Of a DNA stretch of 17,479 nucleotides, positions 1 through 9,819 are shown one piece after another (the first letter of the stretch is position 1; every line of letters begins with the position of its first letter). The stretch is from assembly GCA_051294375.1 (NCBI GenBank), contig CM119271.1, positions 2,671,245 through 2,688,723 of the forward strand, in the 5' to 3' direction. Origin of the DNA: Paraspadella gotoi. Its lineage: Eukaryota; Animalia; Chaetognatha. The translations under genes were made by a program, and so were the position numbers. A model generated the notes under the pieces. It did not search any database. It saw only the letters and a program-made list of their open reading frames with translations, and was not told where the DNA came from.

Positions 1-589
1 GATATTTTCTAATGATTAATATTTCACGGAAATTTGCATATAAAGAGAATCCGAGATGATTCTATAAAGATTAGAGAGAAAGTTTAAAACCGATTTGTTA
101 TTTTAAAGAGAAAATCTCGTTGTTTGACTTCACTGACGGGGAATTAATGCAAGGCTTAGAAGGTTNNNNNNNNNNNNNNNNNNNNNNNNNNNNNNNNNNN
201 NNNNNNNNNNNNNNNNNNNNNNNNNNNNNNNNNNNNNNNNNNNNNNNNNNNNNNNNNNNNNNNNNNNNNNNNNNNNNNNNNNNNNNNNNNNNNNNNNNNN
301 NNNNNNNNNNNNNNNNNNNNNNNNNNNNNNNNNNNNNNNNNNNNNNNNNNNNAGAAAGAAAGAAAGAAAGAAAAAAAGAAAAAAAGAAAAAACAGAGAGA
401 GAGAAAGAGAGCGAAAGACAGAGAGAGAGAGTGAGAGAGAGCGAAAGGCAGAGAGAGAGCGGATTTTCGTCGGCGAAGCGGAATGGAATATTGTCGGGAC
501 ACGACGTCGCTTTTCCCCGACGACCATAAACTATTGTCGAGATAAGAATCGAAAAACTGGAAACTCGAATATTATTCACTGGGAATGAG

Positions 590-641
590 GGACGGACGGA
601 CGGACCGGACGGGACCGGACCGGACCGGACCGGACCGGATC
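590..641 (+). repeat. (GGAC)n/(GGACC)n microsatellite; inverted copy at about 15232-15286
   Basis: GGACGGACGGACGGACCGGAC...CCGGACCGGATC seen directly. Confidence 0.9.
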
Positions 642-950
642 GGAAAAGATCTTCCGGGGGCAACGCGTCGAGATTGAAGCGCGCATGAAGAGGGGGGGGG
701 GGAGGGGCGGGGGTTGTAGGTATGAAGAAGTAAAAGGGGGAGAATGGAAGGGTTAGTTCAGGGGTGGGAGATAAATGGCTTTAGGGTTTGAGATTTGAGG
801 TTTCAGGAGGGGGTAAGTGAGACTGGAGGAAGAAAGGTAAGGAGGCGCCCTGGGAAGAGAGAAAGATAAATTTGTGTTGCGCTCGGTATATAGGAGTAAG
901 TGAAGAAGGCCAGGTAGTTAGAATCGCCAGGAACGGCAAAATGTAAAGCT

Positions 951-1237
951 TGTGGATAACGGCGCTACGGTGGGCTGAGATGACTGTCCGTAATTCTTAT
1001 AACCCCCTCTAGCAGCCATGGAACGGGTCCCTGGGCTGTGGAACCAGCTGAGGGTTGCCATGCCCCCAAGGAAGGCTTACGGCCGTCCTCACGGCTTCCA
1101 TCAGGGTAGTACCAGGTTTGTGGAATTGAACCCGGTATCTGTGGTCATGAGCGATGGCTTACTCAATGAGCCACCGGGTCCACACTGAAATGTCCATGAA
1201 TTCTAGGCGGGGGTGAACCTAGGCAATGCCGGCTACA
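951..1237 (-). repeat. LTR copy (3'-most in element orientation), 287 bp
   Basis: Plus strand TGTGGATAA...CCGGCTACA; aligns by eye with the other three copies, differing mostly by 1-bp indels. Confidence 0.88.
1108..1180 (-). promoter_or_regulatory. tRNA-derived segment with Pol III internal promoter (A and B boxes) inside LTR; also at about 1526-1600, 1946-2021 and 2369-2448
   Basis: By-eye minus-strand consensus GACCCGG TGGCTCATTGAG TAAGCCATCAG CTCATGA CCACTAGATACCG GGTTCAATCCC AACCCGGTACC (72 nt). A-box-like motif starts at position 8, B box GGTTCAATCCC has TTC at 53-55, and CT-CAT-GA sits at the anticodon-loop position. Anticodon and T stems pair poorly, so this is a tRNA relic, not a functional tRNA. 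Confidence 0.75.
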
Positions 1238-1349
1238 TGCCCCCAGATTTGTAACCCACCCTGCACGTGCTTCAGCCTGGAGGGAGGGGAGCAATCTTCC
1301 AGCTAGACCAAGGGCCTGGAATCAGAAGGTTGGATACGCCTCGACAGGA

Positions 1350-1359
1350 GGGCTCACCA
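1350..1359 (-). promoter_or_regulatory. Primer-binding site, tRNA-Trp-like (also 1771-1780 and 2195-2205)
   Basis: Minus strand reads LTR end CA, one spacer C, then TGGTGAGCCC. This is a 9/10 match to TGGTGACCCC, the complement of the metazoan tRNA-Trp(CCA) 3' end as I recall it. Confidence 0.72.
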
Positions 1360-1360
1360 G

Positions 1361-1658
1361 TGTGGATAAGGGCGCTACGTGGGCTGAAGATGAACTGTTC
1401 CGTACTTATATATAACCCCCTCTAAGCAGCCAAAATGGAAACCGGTTTCCTGGGCTTTGGAACCAGGCTTGAGGTTTGCCATGCCCCCAAGGCGGCTTAC
1501 GGCCGTCCTCACGCTTCCCAGGGTAGGTACCGGGGTTGGGATTGAACCCGGTATCTAGTGGTCATCGAGCTTGATGCTTAACTTCAATGGCCACCGGTGC
1601 AACAACTGGAAAGTGCATGATTCTAGGCGGGGGTGAACCTAGGCAATGCCCGGCTACA
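1361..1658 (-). repeat. Internal LTR copy, 298 bp
   Basis: Plus strand TGTGGATAAG...CCGGCTACA, bracketed by the PBS and PPT of adjacent internal domains. Confidence 0.88.
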
Positions 1659-1666
1659 TCCCCCCC
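1659..1666 (-). promoter_or_regulatory. Polypurine tract (equivalents at about 1238-1244 and 2078-2086)
   Basis: Minus strand GGGGGGGA immediately precedes the LTR start TGTAG; the other copies are G-rich with one or two C interruptions. Confidence 0.7.
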
Positions 1667-1781
1667 AGATGTAACCCACCCTGCACTGCTTCCAGTGGAG
1701 GGATGGGGAGCAATCTTCAAGCTAGACCAAGGGCCTGGAATCAGAAGGTTGGAAATACGCTCGACAGGATGGGCTCACCAG

Positions 1782-2077
1782 TGGGATAAGGCGCCTACGT
1801 TGGGCTGGAAGATGACTGTCCGTAACTTCTATAACCCCTCTAGCAGCCATGGAACGGGTCCCGGGCTTGGAAACCAGGCGTTGAGGGTTTGCCATGCCAC
1901 CCAAGGCGGCTTTACCGGCCGTTCCTCACGCTTCCCGCAGGGGTAGGTACCGCGGTTGATTTTGAAACCGCGTATCATAGTTGGTCATGAGCTGAATGGC
2001 TTTCTCATGAGCCACCGGGTCCAAATGAAAGGTCATGATTCTAGCGGGGTGAACCTAGGGCAAATGCACCGGCTACA
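1782..2077 (-). repeat. Internal LTR copy, 296 bp
   Basis: Plus strand TGGGATAAG...CCGGCTACA, same internal motifs as the other copies. Confidence 0.88.
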
Positions 2078-2206
2078 TGCCGCCCCAGATTTGTAACCCA
2101 CCCTGCCACTGGCTTCCAGGTGGAGGGAAGGGGAGCAAATCTTCAGCTAACAAGGGCCTGGAATCAGAAGGGTTGGAATACGCTCGACAGGAATGGGCCT
2201 CACCAG

Positions 2207-2509
2207 TGTTGGATAAGGCGCTACGTGGGCTGAAGCATGACTGTCCGTAACTTTCTATAACCCCCGTCTAGCAGCAATGGAAGCGGGTCCCTGGGCTTGG
2301 AACCAGGCTTGAGGGGTTTGCCATGCCCCACAGGCCGTTACGGTCCGTCTCACGCTTCCGCAGGGTAAGGTTACCGGGTTGGGATTTGAACCCGGCTATC
2401 TAGTGGTCATGAGCTGATGGGCCTTTATCAATCAAGAGCCACCGGGTCACAACTGAGAAGTGTCTGATTCTAGGCGGGGGTGAAATTTAGGCACTGGCCC
2501 GGCCTAACA
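2207..2509 (-). repeat. LTR copy (5'-most in element orientation), 303 bp
   Basis: Plus strand TGTTGGATAAG...CCGGCCTAACA followed directly by the AGCT TSD. Confidence 0.85.
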
Positions 2510-2659
2510 AGCTTGCGGTTTTGGGCGAAATCGGTTGGGGATCAGTCTCTGGGGAAAGTTTGAGACTTTGGACGGAAAGTGAGTGGGCGGGAGGTTGTAC
2601 CCTGAGACGAGAGGGGGAGGAAGGGGGGGAGTGGGCTGGTTCAAGGAGAGGGAAGGCGG

Positions 2660-3059
2660 CTGGTCGGTCGTCCGGTCGGGTAGATTGGTCGGTCGTAGAT
2701 TGGTCTCGGTAGATTGGTCGGTCGGTAGATTGGTCGTCGGTAGATTGGTCGGTCGGTTAGATTGGTCGTCGGTAGAGTTGGTCCTCGTAGATTTGGTCGT
2801 CGGTAGATTGGTCGGTCCGGTAGATGGTCGGTCTGGTAGATTGGGTCCGGTCGGGGTAGATGGTCGTCGGTAGATTGGTCGGTCGGTAGATTGTCGGTCG
2901 GTAGATTTGGTCGTCGGTAGATTGTCGGTCGGTAGATTGGTCGGTCGGTAAGATTGGTCGGTCGGTAGATTGGTCGGTCGTAGATTGTCGGTCGTAGATT
3001 GGTCGGTAACTGTCGGTCGTAGATTGGTCGGTCGGTAGATTGGTCGGTCGGTAAGATTG
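2660..3059 (+). repeat. Minisatellite, 15-16-bp unit GGTAGATTGGTC(G)GTC
   Basis: Tandem copies visible directly; source of the PTN/RPT-rich spurious ORFs. Confidence 0.95.
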
Positions 3060-3155
3060 AATTTTCCCAGATGAGACACAGATATAATAACCCGAGGAGT
3101 TTCGCCTCTCTCTTCTCCCAACGATATCCAGAGTCGAAGATCGGACGTGAGCTCT

Positions 3156-3203
<48 letters not shown>

Positions 3204-3230
3204 AGAAAGAGAGAGGAGAAAGAGAGAGAG
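3156..3230 (+). repeat. (GA)n microsatellite; related CT/GA tracts at 353-460, 7513-7592, 10518-10708, 13965-14050 and 15415-15740
   Basis: Dinucleotide and purine/pyrimidine runs seen directly. Confidence 0.95.
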
Positions 3231-5239
3231 CAGCGCCGGAGCCAAAATTGAGAGAAAAAGGTTTGGTTTATAATCGAAAAGAAAGTGGGTTGGTTCGAAA
3301 AGGAAAAAAAAAAATCACATTTGTATCAGAAAGAATTTTTAAAGGAAAACTACCATTCTTATTTGAATTGTAATACATTATAAAAGTAATACATTAGCTA
3401 TAATGGACATTGCATTCTGGGTTGGAGAATTAGGATTGGCTCTGGGCTAGGGTGTTTTATTTGTTTTTAAAAAAATGCGTCTGAGTTTTTGACAAACGAC
3501 GACGTTAACTGAGAATAAATTAGTAAACGAAATAAGGAATAAACAAAAGGCTGTCGTAAGAGCGATAACCGGTTGTAAAATCTGGTGATGTACGAGATGG
3601 GAAAGAATTTTAAGGCGACTGCGGGGACCTTGATAGAAAAAAGGGAAAAAATGATCAACGAATAAGATAAGAAAATTTTAGATCCAATGATGCGTCGACA
3701 ATTACAATTTCGATAATTACATAATAAACTGAATTAATGTTCAATAATATCTTATTTAATATTAAGAAATGAATGTATAATTAATTTATTTTCTAGTTAG
3801 ATAAACACATTATTATAAGCAATCAGCAAAATTCAACATTTGTAAAACAATTCCGCATTCTAATTTTACTTATAAAATAGTTTAATAAAAAAAGTTTTGA
3901 TTGAAAGCTCATATGCATCATATGATACAATTCTTAATTCTTGATACAATTCTACAATTCTGCTACCATAGAGTGTCTAAGTCTGGAAAAATATAACCCA
4001 TTTATTATATAGTTATACCAATTCTATAAACAATTGAAAAAACTATTATATATCAATGATAAGTATACTCGTAAAAAGGAGGGATGCATCAACGCATTTA
4101 ATAAATAATGAAGAGACCAGAAAAGTCTGCGCGTCGTCGATTTTTTGAAAATCGACTTCCGTTCAAAACCGAAATTTAAAACCCGGTGCAATGCGTGGGC
4201 AGAGATAAAGAGTTTGGGGAGAAAAGGGGGAATAAATATAAATATAACAATACTATTTTTGATAAATTTTAGATAAAGATTAGTTGGAAAGTTGCCAAGG
4301 AAAATGACCAGAACATTGAAATAGGGGGGGGAGAATCGGGGTGTGTGTGAGATGGGAATCTTGTGAGTCACTCCAATCTTTAGAAAAAAAAATGTAATCT
4401 GAGGAAAATGGGTTTTCTTTAATCGATGCGACGTAAAAAGTAAATATTTGGAATTTGTTCGAGTGATAAGGATTGACGAAGCCTAACGGGACAGAAAGAT
4501 CGAGATAGACAGATAGAGATAGACAGATAGATAGACATTTAATTATTTATCGACGTTTACATATAAACAAATTATTTCCCTCTTTTAGCCACTGATGATC
4601 TTAGACTTAGAAATTAAGTCGAAATATATCGCAAAAAATTCAAATTTTTTTTGGTTTCTTTTGCACTGATACTCCATAGTGAAAATAAGTATTTAATTAA
4701 GCATTCTACTAGTGCATGTGATGACATTAAAGCAATTTATTTCCCTCAAAAGGAAAATCAATTTCAGGGTCGAACGAAAATACGAGACGCAATAGATTCA
4801 CCGTAAAATGAATTATGAAGGAGAAACTGACTCCAGAGTCGGAGTCGGTGGAATGGTGATTGTTGTTGTTGTCGTCGTTGTTTTAATCCATAGCCTCTAG
4901 AACTGGAAAGAGAACAATTTTTTTTTCAGTTAGTTATTTTGACAAGTGAATTAGAATACAAAATGCATGGCTTAATACTTTCTGAAAGACGGAAAGAAAG
5001 ATAAAAAGATAGCGAAAAAAGAAGGACAGAAAAGCGAATAGACAGACGGGAATGACTTAAAGAGATTCCATCCGAGATTAGAATAAAAAAGAAAAAAAAA
5101 AGAAAAGGAAAGAAAAATTAAAACTCAAATCAAAAGAAAAGTTTTGTTTTCGACGTTGTTGTTGTTGTTGTTCCTCGTCGCCGGGTCTTGAAAACGTCAG
5201 AGATAAGAACTGGAAATCCGAAATGACTCATCCGTTATT

Positions 5240-5983
5240 CTCCTCTCTATTTTTTCTTTCCTGTTATTTTCTTTTCTTTTCTTTCCTTTTTTTAAAAATA
5301 TTTTATTTTATCTTCTTTTATCTTCTTTTCTTTTCTTTTCTTTTCTTTTCTTTTCTTTCTCATCTCTTTTCTTCTCTTCTCTTTTCCTCTTCTCTTTTGT
5401 TTTCTTTTCTTTTTTTATTATATTTCTTCTCTTATCTCCTCCTCTTCTCTTCCCTTCTCTTCTTTCTCTTCTCTTCTTTTCTCTTCTCTCCTCCTTTTTT
5501 CTTTCTTTTCTTTTTTAATTCTCGCTTTTTTCTCTTATCTCCTTCTTCTATTCTCTTCTTTTCTCTTCTTTTCTCTTCTCTTCTCTTCTCTCTTCTCTTC
5601 TCTTCTCCTTCTCTTCTCTTCTCTTCTCTTCTTCTTCTTTTCTTTCTTCTCTCTCTCTCCTTTTCTCTTTTATTTTCTTTTATTCTCTTTTCTTCTCTTA
5701 TCTTCCTTCTCTTCTCTCTTCTTCTCTTCTCTTTTCTTCTTCCTCTTCTCTTCTCTTCTTTTCTCTTCTCTTCTCTTCTCTCCTTCCTTTCTCTTTTCTT
5801 TTCTTTTTTTTTATTCTTTTCTCTTCTCTATCTCCTTCTTTTCTCTTCTCTTCTCTCTCTTCTTTTCTCTTTCTCTTCTCTTCTCTTCTCTCCTCCTTCT
5901 CTTTTCTTTTCTTTTTTATTTCTCTTCTTCTCTTTTCTCCTCCTCTTCTCTTCTCTCTCTTTTTTTCTCTTTTTTCCTTTTCC
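5240..5983 (+). repeat. Long polypyrimidine low-complexity tract (TTCTC/TTTTC-like); purine mirror at about 11052-11880
   Basis: About 740 bp almost exclusively C/T. Confidence 0.95.
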
Positions 5984-5985
5984 AG

Positions 5986-6166
5986 GGAATGAATTCAGAG
6001 GAACCTGGGGAAGGGATCGGTTATGTGACAAACAGAATCAACTAATCACCTCATTGGACCTGAGATTAAAAATGCCTCTGTTGTATGACGGCGCGGATTA
6101 TCAAATGGTACAGGGCGATTTGGAAATAAATTTTAGATTTACAGAGGATTTTCAAAAATTGTTGTG
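5986..6166 (+). CDS. Candidate internal coding exon, product unknown (xNEFRGTWGRDRLCDKQNQLITSLDLRLKMPLLYDGADYQMVQGDLEINFRFTEDFQKLL)
   Basis: Polypyrimidine tract plus TTTCCAG acceptor (AG at 5984-5985), 181-bp open frame of normal complexity, G|GTGAG donor at 6167. A frameshifted or noisy inverted copy lies at about 10860-11050. No recognisable homology. Confidence 0.35.
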
Positions 6167-7406
6167 GTGAGGCTCATAGAGTAAACTCGTGGTGACTAAT
6201 ATTGAACAAATGTTCTTGTTAGTTGATACATTCGAACGTCAGATCCGAAGATTGAAATCTGGATTTAATGAAATGAGAATTTGGACAAGTTGCAGATTGT
6301 GATTTGANNNNNNNNNNNNNNNNNNNNNNNNNNNNNNNNNNNNNNNNNNNNNNNNNNNNNNNNNNNNNNNNNNNNNNNNNNNNNNNNNNNNNNNNNNNNN
6401 NNNNNNNNNNNNNNNNNNNNNNNNNNNNNNNNNNNNNNNNNNNNNNNNNNNNNNNNNNNNNNNNNNNNNNNNNNNNNNNNNNNNNNAAAGAAAGAGAGAG
6501 AGCAAGAGAGAGAGAGAGAGGAAGATTGAATGATCAAGTTATGATATTTGATAAATGGTGTTTGTTGTAACAATTTCTTTTAAAAACGGTTAAAGCGTGA
6601 CAAATAATAGTGAAACTGTTGACGCCTCACGGAACAATAACAGGGACTCATGTTAATATTTTAAATTTTTACCAAGTTGTTAAAACAAACCCTTCGTGTC
6701 AAGAAACCCAAATCGATATAAACGTTTTTCTTAGAATTAATTTTTTTTAACTGAGTTGATGATTTATGACTTCGTTCACAGTTTTTGGCTCAAAGAAAAA
6801 AGTATATGAAAAAAAATGTTATTTTTGAATTTTTGAGAATCGGAAAGCCTTTGATCTTTTTTCTTGTAATGGGAAAGGNNNNNNNNNNNNNNNNNNNNNN
6901 NNNNNNNNNNNNNNNNNNNNNNNNNNNNNNNNNNNNNNNNNNNNNNNNNNNNNNNNNNNNNNNNNNNNNNNNNNNNNNNNNNNNNNNNNNNNNNNNNNNN
7001 NNNNNNNNNNNNNNNNNNNNNNNNNNNNNNNNNNNNNNNNNNNNNNNNNNNNNNNNNNNNNNNNNNNNNNNNNNNNNNNNNNNNNNNNNNNNNNNNNNNN
7101 NNNNNNNNNNNNNNNNNNNNNNNNNNNNNNNNNNNNNNNNNNNNNNNNNNNNNNNNNNNNNNNNNNNNNNNNNNNNNNNNNNNNNNNNNNNNNNNNNNNN
7201 NNNNNNNNNNNNNNNNNNNNNNNNNNNNNNNNNNNNNNNNNNNNNNNNNNNNNNNNNNNNNNNNNNNNNNNNNNNNNNNNNNNNNNNNNNNNNNNNNNNN
7301 NNNNNNAAAAAAAAAAAGTATTTCATTGGTCTTTCTTTCTATTATTTCTTTCTCTCTTTCTGTATTTCTCTCTCTCATTCTTTCTTTCTTTCTTTCTTTC
7401 TTTCTT

Positions 7407-7431
7407 NNNNNNNNNNNNNNNNNNNNNNNNN
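7407..7431. other. 25-N assembly gap in the spacer of the inverted duplication (other gaps: 166-352, 6308-6486, 6879-7306, 16674-16906)
   Basis: N runs seen directly; most abut GA/CT or A/T simple repeats. Confidence 0.97.
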
Positions 7432-7512
7432 TCTGATCCAATTTCTTTTTCACTTCCTACTATATTTTTTTTTCTGTTTCCTTTTCCCTCCCAGCGCTTT
7501 ACATGTTTTCAT

Positions 7513-7568
<56 letters not shown>

Positions 7569-8046
7569 CTCTCTCTTCTCTCTCTCTCTCTTCCCCCTTT
7601 CCCATTTACAAAGAAGAAAGAATCAAAGGCTTTCCGATTCTCAAAAATCAAAAAATTAACATTTTTTTTCATTATACTTTTTTCTTTGAGCCAAAACTGT
7701 GAACGAGAGTCATAAATCCATCAACTCAAAAGTTAAAAAAAAATTAATTCGTAAGAAAAAACGTTTATATCGATTTGGCGTTTCCTTGACACGAGGCGTT
7801 TGTTTTTAACAACTTGGTGTAAAAATTCTAAAAATTTAACATGAGTCCCTGTTATTGTTCGCGTGATGGCGTCAACCAGTTTCACTACTTATTTGTGGTT
7901 TTTTTCCCAACGGCGGGGCTTTAACCGTTTTTAAAAGAAATTGTTACAACAAAACAACCATTTTATCAAATATTTCATAACTTGATCATTTCAATCTTCC
8001 TCTCATCTCTCTTCTCTTGCTCTCCCTCTCTTTCTTTTCGAATCGG

Positions 8047-8428
8047 GCAGGCCTTTCCATTATACTTGAAAGTTCGCCGGACCTCAATTTTCGGTCACTC
8101 TCTGATTGTTTTTCCGGTCAGCCTGCCGGCCTATTATGTTCTCCTTCCGTCCGCAGCCTTCTATGGTCGCCGCGACCTGGACCCGAACCTGACCCCGACG
8201 GCTCATTACTCTTCTCTTCTCTTCCCTTTCGTCCGCGGCATCCTGGGAACTTTTCCATGATCAGCAGTCCGGGCCTGATACCGACGAGCTGGAAAGTCGC
8301 GGTATTCGAGCTCTTTTTCTTTCTTTCCTTTTAATTCTCAAAAGAATCCAAAAAAATTAAGGGAAAAAAAATAAAATATATAAATAAAATAAATAAACAA
8401 AAAAGGAAGAAATAAATAAACAAATTGA
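8047..8428 (+). repeat. Direct repeat A1 (partner A2 at 9993-10345)
   Basis: Shared ACTTGAAAGTTCGCCGGACC...ATGATCAG...GATACCGACG...GAAAGTCGCGG, followed by an A-rich tail ending AAATT(T)GA. Confidence 0.9.
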
Positions 8429-9083
8429 ATAGTGAAGAAATATTACTCTGTCACAGGATCTCTCTCTTCTTCTCTATTATATCTTTATTTTTTTAAATTT
8501 TCTGATCTATACTTTTTCCACTTAAATTATTGTTTTCTATTTTTTTAATTTTTCGATTCTGTATCATTTGCTATTTAATATTTTTTCAACTTGAAACAAA
8601 AAAAATACCAATTTTCTATGTATAAAAATGATTTAAAAATTGATTAAAAAAGAATACTGGCTGCGTGAAATTGTTAGGCATTCCAAGACAACTGTTTTTG
8701 CTCGGGCTTGTTTCAGCTTCTGCTCCACTCTCCACTCTCGGTGTGAGAGTTAAAGCGACCTCTCAAAACAATTCGGTGATCGTGCCCAAAGGGCAGTCTT
8801 TCCCATGAACAAAAGATCAGAATGTTAAAAACTTTTGGCCCAAGACCTTTTTTCTCCAAAAAAAAAAAAAAACAAAAAACAAAAAAAAAAAAAAAAAATT
8901 TGATATTCTAGGAATCGAAATTTGAAATTAAAAAAGAAAGAAATCAATTAAAATGTGTTAAGTCAAGGGGGAAAAAAATATTTTTGTTTTTATTTGCCAC
9001 CACCCGTAAAGTGTTAATTTAAATCTAAATTAAATAAAATTTAAAAGGGATTAAAAATTTCATTAAATAGATGAATTGAACAC

Positions 9084-9190
9084 TGATGGAAGCCTTAAAC
9101 CACCAAAGCCTGTCCAAAGTCCAGGGGCAGAATAGCTTATTTATTAAATGAAATCGGATAACTTTTATATTTGATTGAACCAATTTCATA
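9084..9190 (+). repeat. Half copy of the 16049-16262 foldback element
   Basis: CACCAAAGCCTGTCCAAAGTC...ATAGCTTATTTATTAAATGAA...CCAATTTCATA shared with 16178-16263. Confidence 0.85.
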
Positions 9191-9819
9191 AGTCTTATTT
9201 AGTTAAAAGGAATGTTGGCTTGCAAGAGAAAATCACAGCGGCCGCAACAAGTTGGACCTTGCTGGTTTCTGTCTAATTTGGTTAATTTGCTTATAAAATT
9301 TGAGATGCAAAGGGCAAACGTTTTCAATTATTTTAAAATAATAATTTAATTTTGTGCACTATTTTAAATTTTTTTAACTTAATTTTTTGTAAACAAATGT
9401 TATTTTATTTCTTAATCGCCTTATTAACTCAATTTTATCATAACATTAAAAATCTTGATTTTGCCACAGCCAAAATAGATAACCTAGAAAAAACAACGAT
9501 GTTAAAAACAATTCCAACATTGTAATTAAGTTCATCTCTCTCTACTCTTTTGTCAATTTTTTTCCAACGTCAGCTTTTTACTGGTCAGACCAATAGCCTG
9601 TATTCCAAAAGTTATTTTATAATAGAGTTAGTTTGTTTCAAAAAAAAAATTATTGTTTGAAAATTTAAAATAAAAGAGATGTACCCAAAAAGGAAAACAA
9701 AAACAATGTTTTACATTTCATTTTTTCTATTCAACCTTCTATATAATAGTTTTAAAGAAAATAAGTAAAAATAATTTTCCCGTCCGCCGACCACGATCTC
9801 CGGACGTGATAGCCCGTTT

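Larger units (their letters stand above)
951..2509 (-). mobile_element. Tandem-array TRIM (non-autonomous LTR retrotransposon): LTR-int-LTR-int-LTR-int-LTR, tRNA-containing LTRs (Helenus/TRIMp3-like)
   Basis: About 420-bp unit: LTRs at 951-1237, 1361-1658, 1782-2077 and 2207-2509 alternate with 123-129-bp internal domains. Outer ends are TGT...ACA, flanked by AGCT at 947-950 and 2510-2513. The inverted copy of the locus has a single AGCT (14911-14914) and no element. PBS and PPT positions set the minus orientation. No gag/pol ORF. Confidence 0.9.
353..6878 (+). repeat. Left arm of large imperfect inverted duplication
   Basis: Colinear reverse-complement matches: 455-950 vs 14911-15418; 2510-6307 vs about 10707-14914; 6487-6878 vs 7596-8037. 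Confidence 0.92.

Noticed and set aside
1108-1180. Functional tRNA-Met gene
   Set aside because: Anticodon stem does not pair and the T and acceptor stems are only partial; treated as a tRNA-derived promoter.
1587-1946. 119-aa ORF in the TRIM
   Set aside because: Antisense to the element, frame not kept in the other units, no gag/pol motifs.
951-2509. Plain satellite or CRISPR-like array
   Set aside because: No short repeat with unique spacers; the LTR/PBS/PPT/TSD organisation explains the periodicity.
951-2509. Retrozyme (hammerhead-containing tandem element)
   Set aside because: CTGAAGA occurs on the plus strand but no properly placed GAAA core or stems were found on either strand by eye; an Infernal search would settle it.
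946-2514. AAGCTT (HindIII) at both ends of the 1.56-kb insert, suggesting a cloning or ligation artefact
   Set aside because: The ends coincide exactly with LTR termini defined independently by the internal copies (TGT.../...ACA next to PBS and PPT). An AGCT TSD plus the terminal T and A recreates the sites.
2504-3245. PTN/RPT-repeat ORFs (also 14087-14880)
   Set aside because: Translations of the minisatellite; the 15-16-bp unit shifts frame continually.
4808-4900. Short ORF MNYEGETDSRVGVGGMVIVVVVVVVLIHSL with a hydrophobic stretch
   Set aside because: Hydrophobic run derives from a (GTT)n repeat and the frame is not preserved in the inverted copy.
5223-5985. Long F/L/S-rich or K/R/E-rich ORFs (also 98-663, 6239-7715, 10368-11971, 15185-15872, 16448-17065)
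   Set aside because: Stop-free only because of CT/GA low complexity or N runs.
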